Source of the DNA: a virus
Virus record (IMG/VR): IMGVR_UViG_3300042896_000648
Coordinates: 1 to 64,000 of that record
Reading direction: 5' to 3' (one strand)
Length of the DNA: 64,000 nt
Part shown: positions 19,768 through 30,753 of the stretch, in pieces
How the letters are laid out: every line of letters begins with the position of its first letter
How positions within the stretch are numbered: the stretch's first letter is position 1
Made by a program: the position numbers and the translations under genes
The notes under the pieces: model-generated
Told to the model about the DNA's origin: nothing
Seen by the model: only the letters and a program-made list of their open reading frames with translations
The model's database searches: none

Positions 19768-21567
19768 TTAAACTAATTCAATAGCTTCACATTCTATATC
19801 TCCACTACTATAAGTAACTTTAGTCATAAAGGCATAAACTAGGTTTCCGCAATAGTCAAATGATACACATTTTTTTAGCTTAGAGAGCTCAGCGTTTTCT
19901 AAGCTAAATTTATATTTAAACTTACCTATTACCGCTTCAGAGCTCAACGCACCATTCTCGTCAATTACGCCTTCTATTTGGTCGTGGCTACCAAAGTTAT
20001 AATTTCCGTCCCCAGAGGCGAACTCTAGGTCAGTTAAGATAAACTTTGCCATTCTCTTTAAGTTTCTTGTTGGTGTTATTCTCAGGTTCACTGCTCTGTC
20101 GGGTTGGTATACATCCGCTCCTATATATTCGTTAGTCTCAGCAGTCATCGAGTTTTTAATCACCACTATACTAAAAGTTTGGTCTCTTGCTTGCAGTTTG
20201 TTAAGGCATTGATTTATCTCACTCGCACTAGCACTCCAATCATTAAGCATCGAAAGTTCCGTACCATTCACCTCACTCTCGTAGTTTCTTGTACCGTTGT
20301 ACTCGATAGAGCCAAAATTCGTGTTGTCAGCTTTCCAACTATTATACCCAACTTTCACGTCCGAGTATAGTAGGTCGCTGTTCACTTCTCTAGTTACGTC
20401 TATTACTTCTAGGTTATATGGGCGTTCTATCTTCACGAAGTTTTCTCTTCGGTATATATCCACCTTACTTCCAGATATGTCTATGCTAGTCGGGTATTTA
20501 TTGTTTAGTTCATCAAACAGCTTAAACAGCGACACATTTATAGTTGAAACCTTATTTTGCAATCCTTCATTACTCGTAAGGAAGATGTCGAATACCTCGC
20601 TGTCGAACAAGTATGTTCTTAAACTTATAGCTCCTTTACTTGCACGATTAATAATTGAGTTGAAGGCGCTTCTTAGCGAAATAGCTTTAACATCTCGCCA
20701 CTCAATCGCACTTAATTCGCACTTAATTATCGAAATACCGTCGCTAGCGTCATCATATACGTATTGAAAAGTCGAACTATTAGCACTCTCAATATAAAGG
20801 GTTATCTGTTCGCCAGGTTGCACCTGAAGTGTATGGTTCACCGTAATGGTGTGTTGAACCAAAACTGAGGTTAAGGGAAATGAATCTATTTCATAAATAT
20901 CAGAATCAGATTTAAGATACACGGTAAAGTCTCCTAAATCAGCGGAGCTCGCATTTACTTTAATACTGCCGGTAAGTTCAATACATTGCTCTACGTCAGA
21001 AGTGAAGAACGGAGCGGAATCGTGTGCCATTACAGACCTAGATGTCGAGTCTACGAAGTTGTCGTCCGTCTTCACTAGGGGTATGTAGTGGTTAGGGCTT
21101 GCTGTTACTATACTCGCTACGTTTTCTCCAAGTACTTTGAAGTTTACTATACTAGGTAGGTTTCTGATTGGTACTTTTATAGTCTCCGTTAACTCAACGG
21201 GGTATAGTACCTTATCCTTATTTCTTAATAGTTCTCCACCGCCACTAGGCTTAAACCCAATTTCTAAAGTACAGCAGGTAGGTTCGCCATACATCGAAAA
21301 ATCTAGGAGTAGACTGATGGTCTGTTCGTTAATTATCGTTACTCTTACTACTGCATCAAATCCATCTCTCTCAAACACCCTCTTAATGTATCCTACTATT
21401 TCCTCGTTTTCAATAGTTATCTTAGTTGAAGAAGACTCATTCGAAAATCCGTATCCATCATTATTCCAATAGCCCCAATAGGTCTCAGAGATGAATCTTT
21501 CTATCTTAATAGCATCGAAACCAACTATATCACTTTCAGGAAGTTCGAAGTTATCTATTAGTATCAT
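19768..21567 (-). CDS. probable tail/baseplate structural protein (start at MILIDNFEL)
   Basis: About 600-aa beta-rich acidic protein, N.R.TP.RNL motif; own TATTTTTG promoter; the longer start would overlap gene 21659. Confidence 0.55.
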   Translation of the reverse strand: MILIDNFELPESDIVGFDAIKIERFISETYWGYWNNDGYGFSNESSSTKITIENEEIVGYIKRVFERDGFDAVVRVTIINEQTISLLLDFSMYGEPTCCTLEIGFKPSGGGELLRNKDKVLYPVELTETIKVPIRNLPSIVNFKVLGENVASIVTASPNHYIPLVKTDDNFVDSTSRSVMAHDSAPFFTSDVEQCIELTGSIKVNASSADLGDFTVYLKSDSDIYEIDSFPLTSVLVQHTITVNHTLQVQPGEQITLYIESANSSTFQYVYDDASDGISIIKCELSAIEWRDVKAISLRSAFNSIINRASKGAISLRTYLFDSEVFDIFLTSNEGLQNKVSTINVSLFKLFDELNNKYPTSIDISGSKVDIYRRENFVKIERPYNLEVIDVTREVNSDLLYSDVKVGYNSWKADNTNFGSIEYNGTRNYESEVNGTELSMLNDWSASASEINQCLNKLQARDQTFSIVVIKNSMTAETNEYIGADVYQPDRAVNLRITPTRNLKRMAKFILTDLEFASGDGNYNFGSHDQIEGVIDENGALSSEAVIGKFKYKFSLENAELSKLKKCVSFDYCGNLVYAFMTKVTYSSGDIECEAIELV

Positions 21568-21640
21568 AATTTTTTTCACAAAAATAAAAAATATTTTGCG
21601 GTTTACTTGTTTTCTATTTTTCGGTACATTACATTTGTAA
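21568..21640. promoter_or_regulatory. divergent promoter module, copy 1
   Basis: Minus-strand TATTTTTG and plus-strand TACATTTG; near-identical to 42174-42248. Confidence 0.75.
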
Positions 21641-21658
21641 CAACAAAAAACAAATGAT

Positions 21659-22300
21659 ATGAAAAAATACAAAGAGATATTAAAAATGTTCTGCTCTAAC
21701 GATATGATTAGATATTGGATGAAAGACCCATTTATTATGGGAGATAAAGTTATTGCCACAGATGGAGTATTTTTAGTTGCAGTAGATAAAGATGGGTTAG
21801 ACTATAACCAGCTTAGTTCTGATTATGTTTCAAAGGTAAGTAAATCTTACCCAATGGATTATAATATGAATTTCCCTATTTCTGTTGAAGAATTAAAGTC
21901 TCTACTATCTGCCGTACCTTTAATAGAAGAAGAAGAAACTAAACCTTGTGACGAATGTAATGGTGTAGGAGAGGTTACTTGGGAGTATGATACTAGCGAA
22001 AGGACGTACGAAAAAGAATTAGATTGCCCTGTCTGTAATGGAGAAGGCGAGATTATTATAATCAAAAAAGGAGTAATGGTTAGAAGCCCTTTAGACCTTT
22101 GTAAGATAGGTAATTGCAGTTTTTTTATAGATAAAATAGACCAATTAATCAAGGTAGCGGAAATCCTAGAAGTTAATGAGATTATTCAAGTAAATCAAAC
22201 CTTAAATAATAAGGCCAATATGTTTAAAATTGGTGATATAGAAATCATGTTAATGCCAACAATTATAAATAAAGACGACTTTTATCACTTTGTATTATGA
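21659..22300 (+). CDS. protein with a beta-clamp-like ATDG motif and a DnaJ-type CxxCxGxG zinc finger
   Basis: VIATDGVFL; CDECNGVG and CPVCNGEG; C-terminal MLMP. Confidence 0.55.
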   Translation: MKKYKEILKMFCSNDMIRYWMKDPFIMGDKVIATDGVFLVAVDKDGLDYNQLSSDYVSKVSKSYPMDYNMNFPISVEELKSLLSAVPLIEEEETKPCDECNGVGEVTWEYDTSERTYEKELDCPVCNGEGEIIIIKKGVMVRSPLDLCKIGNCSFFIDKIDQLIKVAEILEVNEIIQVNQTLNNKANMFKIGDIEIMLMPTIINKDDFYHFVL

Positions 22301-24694
22301 GAAACTTAAAAGAATTGTATGAGATAGTACTAGAGAATTTTGATTATTATATTGGGAAGGGTGGAATTTGTAATATTAGCAACCAGTTATCTTTTTATGA
22401 AATAATCACAATCCAAGAATCAATTTTACTTGATGGCGACATCGAGGCGCAAACAGGAGCAGTATTCACATACGCTTGGCCTCGCACTCCCGCAGGAAAT
22501 ATAGAAAGAAAAGAATTTATTAAAAAACGAATAAACGAACTATGATACTAAAAATCCTACTAGGCGAGGAAGAAACTTCGCCATCAAAACCAGAAGTTGT
22601 TATCATTAACAACGTCAAGTACAATAAGCAACTCTTTGAGCGGTTTATGGAAATCTCGGAATGTACTGATTATAAGGATAAGGAATATCCCTCTCTTGAT
22701 AATGTTAAGACTACCGTAGTAGACGATAGGCCAAACTTTTCAGATTGGTACACCGAGCTGAAGACAAAGGAACTCGATTATGATTGGGATACGATTCAAG
22801 AAGATTGGATGAAAACAAATATTGGATTAATTCAATTTCTTAAACTAAACTATAACATACCTACAAAAAAATGAAAATCTTAATCAGTATCATCATTACA
22901 ATCCTAGTCTTGTTTGGGCTTGCTGTCCGCCAAGCACAGAAAGATTTAAAAAACATCAAAGACATAGATAATCACGATTTATTCCAATGAAAGAAACAAT
23001 AGAAGAGTTTGCAGATAAAACGTATCCTTATTATGGAGACACAGAATTAAGGGAGGCTGTTATAATTGGTGCAAATTGGCAATCTGAAAGAAGTTATAGT
23101 GAGGAAGATTTAAAACAAGCTTACTTAGATGGATGTGAAATACAATTAAATAATATCTATCATTTAGATAAATGGTTTAAAAAATTTAAAAAAAAATAAT
23201 ATGAAAGAAACAATAGAAGAAGCTACTGAAAAGTATTTAAAAACAGTTAAAGGATTAAATTATAGAAACTTATATGATTTAAGTAATCAGCAAGAATTAG
23301 CATTTAAAGATGGTGCTAATTGGCAATTAGAAAGAATGTATAGTGATATGGAGGAATATGCAACATTCTGTATAGAATGCGATAGAAATGGACTATCTCC
23401 ATTACAAGCAAAAGGATATTTCGAACAATTAAGACAATATAAATAAAATATGAAAAACGGAGAAAGAAACCAAGAAAACCTTCCTATTGAGGCTAGCCCT
23501 TGTAAGTACATACGCAAGTTCGGCATTGCGTGGGATTATACCGAAAAGCCTAAAGACGTTTTTATTAACGCTCTTACATTTGACGATAATCGAATATACC
23601 CTTATTCTTGTCACGACATTATGTATCCCGAAAGGCATTACGCTAACTTTCGTAAGGTCAAGGAATATGCCGGTCAAATAGAGTTTACTGATGAAAAAAT
23701 TCAAGAGATTATGGCACATGACGAATCAGGAAAATCATTAGATCGTATTTACGCACTCATTAACAGAGTGAACTATAATCTAGTTTACTTTAATAAAGAG
23801 AAGGTCGACTTCATATTGAACGATAACCGCAAAAGACTGATTCACAACCTAACAAATCTGAAATCAGAAGAGAATCGTGCAGAATTATATTTAACAAACA
23901 TTTTAATGAGAATGATATGAGATACTTAATAATAACAAAGGATTACGAACCTTACTATACTAATGATATGGAAGAGTTCGATTTTGACAGTGACCTATAC
24001 GTCATTAACTTAATCACAGACGAATACTATAACGGTAAGGTTTGGAAGAAAATTCAAAAAATTATATGATAAAGATAATAACAAAAATTGAAGACGATGA
24101 CTTGCTAGAATATCTATTTAAGAGAGTTATGGAATTTAATAGAAAGAAAGATAGCTATGGTATGGGTTTTATGGTAGGGCAAAGCACTATAATTACAAAG
24201 CAACATAATAGGGATTTTTATGAAAGATATTCGTGTAATATCTATAAAGTTAAGTCAGGAATAATAGCAAGATTAAGTAAAATAAAAGAATAATGGAATT
24301 AGAAATAAAACACTTAGCGCCATATTTGCCGTATGGATTAACATTTTTAATAGAAAGTAAACACGATAGTAAAGAGCCTAATATTAATGAATTAAAGTCA
24401 ATAGACATTGGGTTGAAAATGGTAAATTTTGGATGGGGTAATGCAAAATATTTTACTGAAATAAGACCAATATTGAAAAATAAGATACATTTATATAATC
24501 TTCAAATTGAAATACTAAATAAGTGGGGAGATGGATTATCTGATAAAGCTAAGGGGTATTGGCTAAAAGAAATGATAGAAAATATGATTAATTCAACATA
24601 CGATTCATTAAGGTTTGATGAAGTAGAGTTTATGCTAGAAAACCATATTGATGTATTTGGCCTAATAGATAAAGGACTTGCAATAAAAATATAA
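22297..24694 (+). other. array of small hypothetical genes (22297, 22542, 22987, 23201, 23450, about 24066, 24293)
   Basis: Coupled ORFs; includes two MKETIEE...GANWQ paralogs and an LAPYLPYGL-family gene. Confidence 0.7.
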
Positions 24695-24734
24695 AATAAC
24701 TTGCAAATATAATTATTATTCATTACCTTTGTTT

Positions 24735-25073
24735 ATGGTTTTTACAGAAGAAATAGCTAAAGAGCTTCAAGGCTCTCTTAAATTACACAACATTACGGTT
24801 ACCAGGTGGCGGGAGCGAGGTTTTATCCCTAAAAAGTATTTCTATACATCAGAGATACAGATTAAGGGCATGAATTTACGGGAGGCTAGAAAGTATCTTA
24901 ATCTTAGCCAAAACGTAGTTTGCTCGCTCCTAGCCAGAGAAGGTTGTAGTATAGCCCGCAACACCTTGTTAGTTTGGGAAAAAGGCACGCACCGGCCACA
25001 ATTAAAGAATTTGAAGGCGTTGAAGAAAATCTACAACGAGTTAATAAACAAGAAACAAGAATGGAAGAAATAA
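24735..25073 (+). CDS. XRE-family HTH transcriptional regulator, possibly leaderless
   Basis: LREARKYLNLSQ.........TL..WEKG..RP; ATG starts at the 4th base after TACCTTTG. Confidence 0.75.
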   Translation: MVFTEEIAKELQGSLKLHNITVTRWRERGFIPKKYFYTSEIQIKGMNLREARKYLNLSQNVVCSLLAREGCSIARNTLLVWEKGTHRPQLKNLKALKKIYNELINKKQEWKK

Positions 25074-25531
25074 CACAAGTACCAATCACGGGCGATATGA
25101 GTATCCCTGTTACATTAATTAATGATTGTTCCGCTTATAATTTAAAGTCGGGCTTTATGTTTAATGCATACATATCCAAGTTTAAACTAGGTAGTGGCTA
25201 TCAGATATACTCAGCACTAGGCAATAAGGTTTTCCATAAGTCTTTTAATGATTTAGATGGTCTTTTAAAGATAGTTGAAATAAATCAAGTATAAAAATAT
25301 GGAAGAAATAACAGACAAATACCCTGGTACAAGAGTTGGTTCACAGGTATTTGGTGAAAATAAAATAAACAAAATAAGTATATTAGAGCAATACATCAAA
25401 GAGTATTATAAGCCCCGCTTAATTAGGGTTATGAAGCAAAACGGTACTTATGATTATTTTGAGAAAAGTGTTTCAAGGTCGCTTGATTTTCAGTTTTATC
25501 GGTTTTGGAAGTGGTTGTTTAAATAAAAAAT

Positions 25532-25636
25532 AGTAAGATGGCGGAATGGTAGACGCTACTACGTGATGTTCATGTATGCCTATATTATTTAGGTTTCGCT
25601 TACATGGCTTTACAGGTTCGATTCCTGTTCTTACTA
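25532..25636 (+). tRNA. tRNA-like RNA (pseudo-tRNA) with non-canonical anticodon and variable region
   Basis: Acceptor stem AGTAAGA/TCTTACT, D arm GCGGAATGGTAGACGC, T arm ACAGG-TTCGATT-CCTGT; no canonical anticodon loop; no encoded CCA. Confidence 0.7.
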
Positions 25637-25654
25637 CTAAAATAAATAATAAAA

Positions 25655-26674
25655 ATGAAAGAAATACAATTATTAAACGAGAAATCGCAAATATCATGGT
25701 GTGATTGGTCAAATGGTACTTACACTCCACGCATTCAGTGGAACAGGTATTCTCATAAGTCTGATAGGTTTTACTTTGCCAAACCACAAGATACAGTAGT
25801 TACAGCAATTGGAATAACTTCGGTTATAGATAAGTCTTTTGGTGAATCAAAATTTCTTCGTGAATGGAAAGATGCCAGAATCTCATGGAAGGAGGACTTA
25901 AATAAAATGTCGCTTTATGGCACTATGCTTCATGCAGCGGTTGGCGAAATGGCTAAAGGCCAAGAAATTTCAGATGTTTGGTTTCGCCTTGCAGATGAAT
26001 ATTTTGATAAGAAAATTCAGTTCAAAAAAGACATTCTTTCTATTAAGAAGTGGATTATTGATTATAATGTAGAGTTCATTTTTATTGAAGGGATACTTGC
26101 TAAACAATTTAAGCTACCAAATGGTTACTCTTATATTTGCTCAGCAATAGACTTTTTCTGCGAAATAGACCTAGTTACTAAGGTGAAATCAGAAGAGCCT
26201 GATGGAGAATATGTAAGGGGTGATAAGAAAGGTCAAGTTAAAACTAAGACTGTCACTACTGAAACAAAGTCAAGAGTTAAGGCAATTATTGACCTTAAAA
26301 GTAATTTTGACCAAAAGGAATCTAAATCATTCTTTGATTCACATAAATACCAATTAATCTTTGGTCGTGATTTAATAGCACATGAATTTAACTTACCTAA
26401 AGAGGATATTAGAATGTTTAATATTTCCCCTCTCGGTTGGAATAAAGAGCCAAAGTTTACGTTATTCGAGCACGTTATAGGCATTAATCGTCAAGGTTTT
26501 TCAGACGAATGGATACTTAACAACAGAATAAATACAGCAATAGCCGAAGGTCAGGTAACGCCAAATGGTCTTACATATACTATTAGCGATAAGCTAAGTT
26601 TAGGCAGTGTAGATGATATTATTATCCAAAGCTACGAAGAGAAAGCAGAAGAACTTTTAAGAAATAGGAATTAA
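25655..26674 (+). CDS. PD-(D/E)XK exonuclease-like recombination protein
   Basis: GITSVI, GTMLH, AID, IIDLKS and YQL motifs. Confidence 0.75.
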   Translation: MKEIQLLNEKSQISWCDWSNGTYTPRIQWNRYSHKSDRFYFAKPQDTVVTAIGITSVIDKSFGESKFLREWKDARISWKEDLNKMSLYGTMLHAAVGEMAKGQEISDVWFRLADEYFDKKIQFKKDILSIKKWIIDYNVEFIFIEGILAKQFKLPNGYSYICSAIDFFCEIDLVTKVKSEEPDGEYVRGDKKGQVKTKTVTTETKSRVKAIIDLKSNFDQKESKSFFDSHKYQLIFGRDLIAHEFNLPKEDIRMFNISPLGWNKEPKFTLFEHVIGINRQGFSDEWILNNRINTAIAEGQVTPNGLTYTISDKLSLGSVDDIIIQSYEEKAEELLRNRN

Positions 26675-26838
26675 TAACATACGCCCTTGTACCGTTGCCT
26701 ATTTCGCATACGCTCAATTTTGCGGTTGGTTTAGACATAGTGTTTCTGTATTTGCTTTATTAATTCCGAGTTCATTAGCAAAAAGATTCACATGGGGGTT
26801 GGCTACTTACCAGAAAGTAGTTAAAACTTAAAAAAAAT

Positions 26839-28046
26839 ATGGAAGAATTAAATGATTTAATCGGTAACTACAAATTAAAAATTGAATTACTAAAAGAGTT
26901 ATCTAAAGCTATGAATATAAGTAATTCATACAGATTAGAAGTTAAACTTGGTTGCTATAGGAGTTTTTTACAAGATTTAGAATTATTGGCAAAAGATATT
27001 GAAGAAAATAAATTATGAATAATTTTTTAGAAGAACTTAAATGTTATTTTGCAACAACTCCAAAAGAAAAAATAATGGAGGATTGGAATAAAAGTGTAGA
27101 ATTCAATAAGGTTGGAATTACTATTGACGAGTTTTTGAAAAATTCAAACTTAAAACACAAAAAAATGGAACAAATAGAATACCTTATTGGGACATACGAG
27201 AATAGAGTTAAAGTACTAAAAGATTTAATTGAAAAAGACGATTCAGAAAGACTAAAAGTTAAGCTTGGTTGTTATCGTTCATTTTTAAATGATTTAAAAA
27301 ACGCAAGAAAATCTGCATCAATGTTTTAATTATGAAAATAAGAGAATATATAACAAATAAAAATACAACAACTGATAGCGATACATTGCTTGAATTATAT
27401 GAGCAATTAAAAGAATATAAGTCTGTACCTGATTTAACTAATTTAAATAGTATAGATAAAGACTTGGATGAATTATTCTTTAAAGTTAATGATAAAGCTA
27501 ATATTTTAAATAGATTAATTAATCGTTCTATTAGTCTAGTATTAGAAGATATTGACGAAATAGATTGCGGATTCTTAAATAGAAAAATACCACCTCATAT
27601 TAAGAGTAAATTATGAAAACTAAAGAAAAGGCAAATGAGTTAGTATTAAAATATTTAAAACTTCAAGAAGAAGGTAGTTTAAATTGGTTTCATAAAATAT
27701 TGGCTAAACAATGCGCAATTATTGCAGTTAATGAAATTGTTGAATTTATGAGAATGGATGATGAATTTCACGATGATTGCCACATGGCTAATACGCATTG
27801 GGTTATGTATTGGGATGAAGTTAAAAAAGAAATAGAAAAATTATGACAGCAAAAGACAAATCACAAGAACTAGTTGGTAAAATGTTACTAAAACACGAAA
27901 TACCTTATTATTTAGCTAAGGAATGTGCATTAATAGCGGTTGATGAAATATTAAATTTAATGATAAAAACTTTTAAATGGGATGTTAAATATAATGGAAA
28001 TGTCGAATATTGGCAAAAAGTTAAAGAAGAAATAAATAAATTATGA
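26839..28046 (+). other. array of small genes including two paralog pairs
   Basis: RL.VKLGCYRSFL pair (26839-27018 and the C-half of 27015-27329); AK.CA.IAV.EI pair (27613, 27843). Confidence 0.75.
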
Positions 28047-28312
28047 AATACTTACTTATATTCCTTCTTGGCTGTTCTAATCCAGAGGTTATTTGTTATC
28101 AAAAATCAACTTTTTGGGGTTTAGATAAGTATTCAGGGCACGATGGTTTTCCGCAATACGACATTAAGGAAACAGTCTGTAACCCAAGCAACACTCTTGA
28201 TACTATTTCATGGGAAGATTTCGTTATCTTTCAGTACGATACCGCTACCAACCGGTTAAAACTTGGCAATACAGTTAAACGAAAATTAATTACTACTTAT
28301 ACAAGATTATGA
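28043..28312 (+). CDS. small lipoprotein, paralog of 45063-45350
   Basis: MKYLLIFLLG-C; WGLDKYSG..GFPQY; VKRKLITTY.RL. Confidence 0.65.
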   Translation: MKYLLIFLLGCSNPEVICYQKSTFWGLDKYSGHDGFPQYDIKETVCNPSNTLDTISWEDFVIFQYDTATNRLKLGNTVKRKLITTYTRL

Positions 28313-28603
28313 AAGTTATAGAAGAGCAAATTATTATAGAGGAAAAAGAAATAAAATTCAATCAAAAATTTATTGATTTGCTTCAAGCTTACTTAAATGA
28401 TGGATATAGCGAAATATCTTGTAGTGAAATATATCTTTATAAATATAGGTCAGAGACAGACAAAGAATGGCAAGATAGACTATTTAGAATTTCAGAGGCT
28501 AATAAGCTAGTAGGTAAGGTAGAATATCAACAATATCTTAAACTAAAAGAAAAATACGAAAAATAATTTCAATAAATCAATTTCAAATAATCAATTTCAA
28601 CAA

Positions 28604-29278
28604 ATGGCTGCACAGCAAAACAACACAACCAACGGTAGTACTAATTACTACAACATTTCTTACGGTAAGTTAAATTCTAAGGTAAAGGAAATACCTAATA
28701 ATACTACCGAAATCACAGAATCGGAGTTAAAGGAAAAAACTTTAGCTGTAGAAAATGTGGATTTACGCAACAAGTACTTAAATAAAGGGAAAGGTGAAAG
28801 ACCTTATGTTCAATTTTTTGATTCTATTACAGGATCTATTCAGTCGGTTGAAAAACAAGAATCAGACAATGGCACTTCACTCGCCATTACATTAAGAGAC
28901 ACTGACTTAGATAGTTCTATTGTACAGGTAAAGTTTTACTCAAAGTACTCAGAGAATCTGCTTAATAGGCTAATGAACTGTAAGCTTTCTGGCGATGTAT
29001 ATTTTCAGCCTTATGCTATTCCAAATGAATCTGTAATAGATGGTAGGAAAATTAAATTTTATACGCAAGGTGTTCTTGTTAAAGAAAACGGAATTAAGGT
29101 AGAGCCTTTCTATAAGGCAGATTCAACTGTAATGCCAGCCACACAACAAGTTAAAGTTGGAGGCAAGGCATCTACATCAAGGGATGCAAGATTAGACTTC
29201 CTATTCGATAAGTTCATGGAGAAGTTCGAAAGTACAGGTAAGTCTGAAGAAGACGATTCAAGTTCACTTCCTTTTTAA
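28604..29278 (+). CDS. single-stranded DNA-binding protein-like
   Basis: Acidic C-terminal tail EEDDSSSLPF; strong leader and terminator; lies near the exonuclease. Confidence 0.6.
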   Translation: MAAQQNNTTNGSTNYYNISYGKLNSKVKEIPNNTTEITESELKEKTLAVENVDLRNKYLNKGKGERPYVQFFDSITGSIQSVEKQESDNGTSLAITLRDTDLDSSIVQVKFYSKYSENLLNRLMNCKLSGDVYFQPYAIPNESVIDGRKIKFYTQGVLVKENGIKVEPFYKADSTVMPATQQVKVGGKASTSRDARLDFLFDKFMEKFESTGKSEEDDSSSLPF

Positions 29279-29303
29279 AAATACAACTAAACGGATATTG
29301 CTT

Positions 29304-29336
29304 AATCCTACTTATTTTATAGGTAGGATTTTTTTT
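29304..29336 (+). terminator. intrinsic terminator
   Basis: AATCCTACTTA/TAGGTAGGATT stem followed by a T run. Confidence 0.8.
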
Positions 29337-29378
29337 ATTCGCTCTAGTTTAGTATATTTGTAAAAAAAATATACACAA

Positions 29379-29573
29379 ATGGAAGAAGCAAAATTAGCAA
29401 CACAAGAAGAAGTTCAAGAACAAGTAACAAAGGCACTAGACCTAGTTAAACAAGGGATAGATAACATTAATCAGGCATCGGCTGTGCTTTCTAGTAATTC
29501 TATCTTTATCAATTTTGATGTAAAAGAAGGTAAGTTAGAGGCATCAATAAATCAAGTAATCGCAAAGCTATAA
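29379..29573 (+). CDS. hypothetical protein
   Basis: Follows TATATTTG promoter at about 29353. Confidence 0.7.
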   Translation: MEEAKLATQEEVQEQVTKALDLVKQGIDNINQASAVLSSNSIFINFDVKEGKLEASINQVIAKL

Positions 29574-29703
29574 AAATTATAGATAATCTTATTATGATAC
29601 TATTAAAAAATTGGTTTTTAGCTTTCTTAATCTTTGTGGCCGCTGTTATCGTAGAATACTTTAATTAAATAATTTAATTAATATACTTTAATTAATATTA
29701 ATT

Positions 29704-30753
29704 TTGAACCCAATCAAGTTTAAGCAAGTCGGGCTTAGCACCGATTATAACGACCCTCTTACGCTCTCCACAATCGAATACAGGTTGGGAGAGCAATGGT
29801 ATACTACAGTTCCGAAATCGGCAGTTCCAAACTGTAAGCTAAACTTAGGTCTTATTCGCAATTCAGATGATTGCGTTTGTGATGCCAACATTCTAGAGTC
29901 CACGTCTTGCCTCGTTTCCCTGCCGAATGATAATAAGTCTTATCTTTCGGTAATTATCCCTGATTTTGAGAATATAGAACCTTTCGTCATCTACAGGAAT
30001 GTGCCTATTGATGGATATTATGAACCGGTTGAATTATTCTTGTTTGATGGCGGAACGTTTGATGAACTCGTTATTTACGCACAGTCTTACAAGGTCGGGG
30101 TTGAGGTTCTTTCGTACGGTCTTAAATTATTCTTTAACATAGATTACGCTACCCAGGCTTGCTTTATCGAAACGTCAGGCGAGGCCTACTTGCTTACAGA
30201 AGCCCTCTTAATCAATAGGTCGAACTATTACGGAATTACGTTTAATATCACTACGGTGGGGTGTTATAGACTAGCTTTAATTAATACGAGTGATGAAGTT
30301 CTAGCTATTTCTAATAAGATTAATGTAGTCGCACATAAGAATAAGTTTTCTAATATCATTGAATATAATGATAATGGATTTTATCATCGTTTCCGTACAT
30401 ATCTTTATTGCACTTACAACCTGGTTGTTGAAGAAGACGAAAAAAAGCTTTCTTCAGGCAACGTATCTATCTCAAACGTAATCACTCGCCAGCAAGCATC
30501 TGTTAACACGGGGTGGTACTCAATTAAGGAGCATCGTGATATTATACGTATCTTAAAATCAGGAGTTAAATTAGGTGGCGAAAAGTGTTTTCTTAGGGGT
30601 GAGTACTCTTTATCAGAAGAGAACCATCTCCGCCAATCTACAGGTTCAGGTACTCTTTATTTCCCAGAGGATTCTACTACTTGTTATTCAGGCCAGTCTT
30701 CAGAGTTTCAACTAGAGTTTATTGAGGAGGAGAAGATTCAGAATGTTATTTAG
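29704..30753 (+). CDS. probable tail/virion structural protein (TTG start)
   Basis: 349-aa beta-rich, Cys-containing protein; G.Y.L...LAISN.I.V pattern; function is inference. Confidence 0.45.
   Translation: MNPIKFKQVGLSTDYNDPLTLSTIEYRLGEQWYTTVPKSAVPNCKLNLGLIRNSDDCVCDANILESTSCLVSLPNDNKSYLSVIIPDFENIEPFVIYRNVPIDGYYEPVELFLFDGGTFDELVIYAQSYKVGVEVLSYGLKLFFNIDYATQACFIETSGEAYLLTEALLINRSNYYGITFNITTVGCYRLALINTSDEVLAISNKINVVAHKNKFSNIIEYNDNGFYHRFRTYLYCTYNLVVEEDEKKLSSGNVSISNVITRQQASVNTGWYSIKEHRDIIRILKSGVKLGGEKCFLRGEYSLSEENHLRQSTGSGTLYFPEDSTTCYSGQSSEFQLEFIEEEKIQNVI

Noticed and set aside
21568-21759. N-terminal extensions of ORFs 19768..21759 and 41430..42251
   Set aside because: They run through the divergent promoter modules (the first also overlaps gene 21659); internal ATGs at 21567 and 42173 follow the promoter boxes
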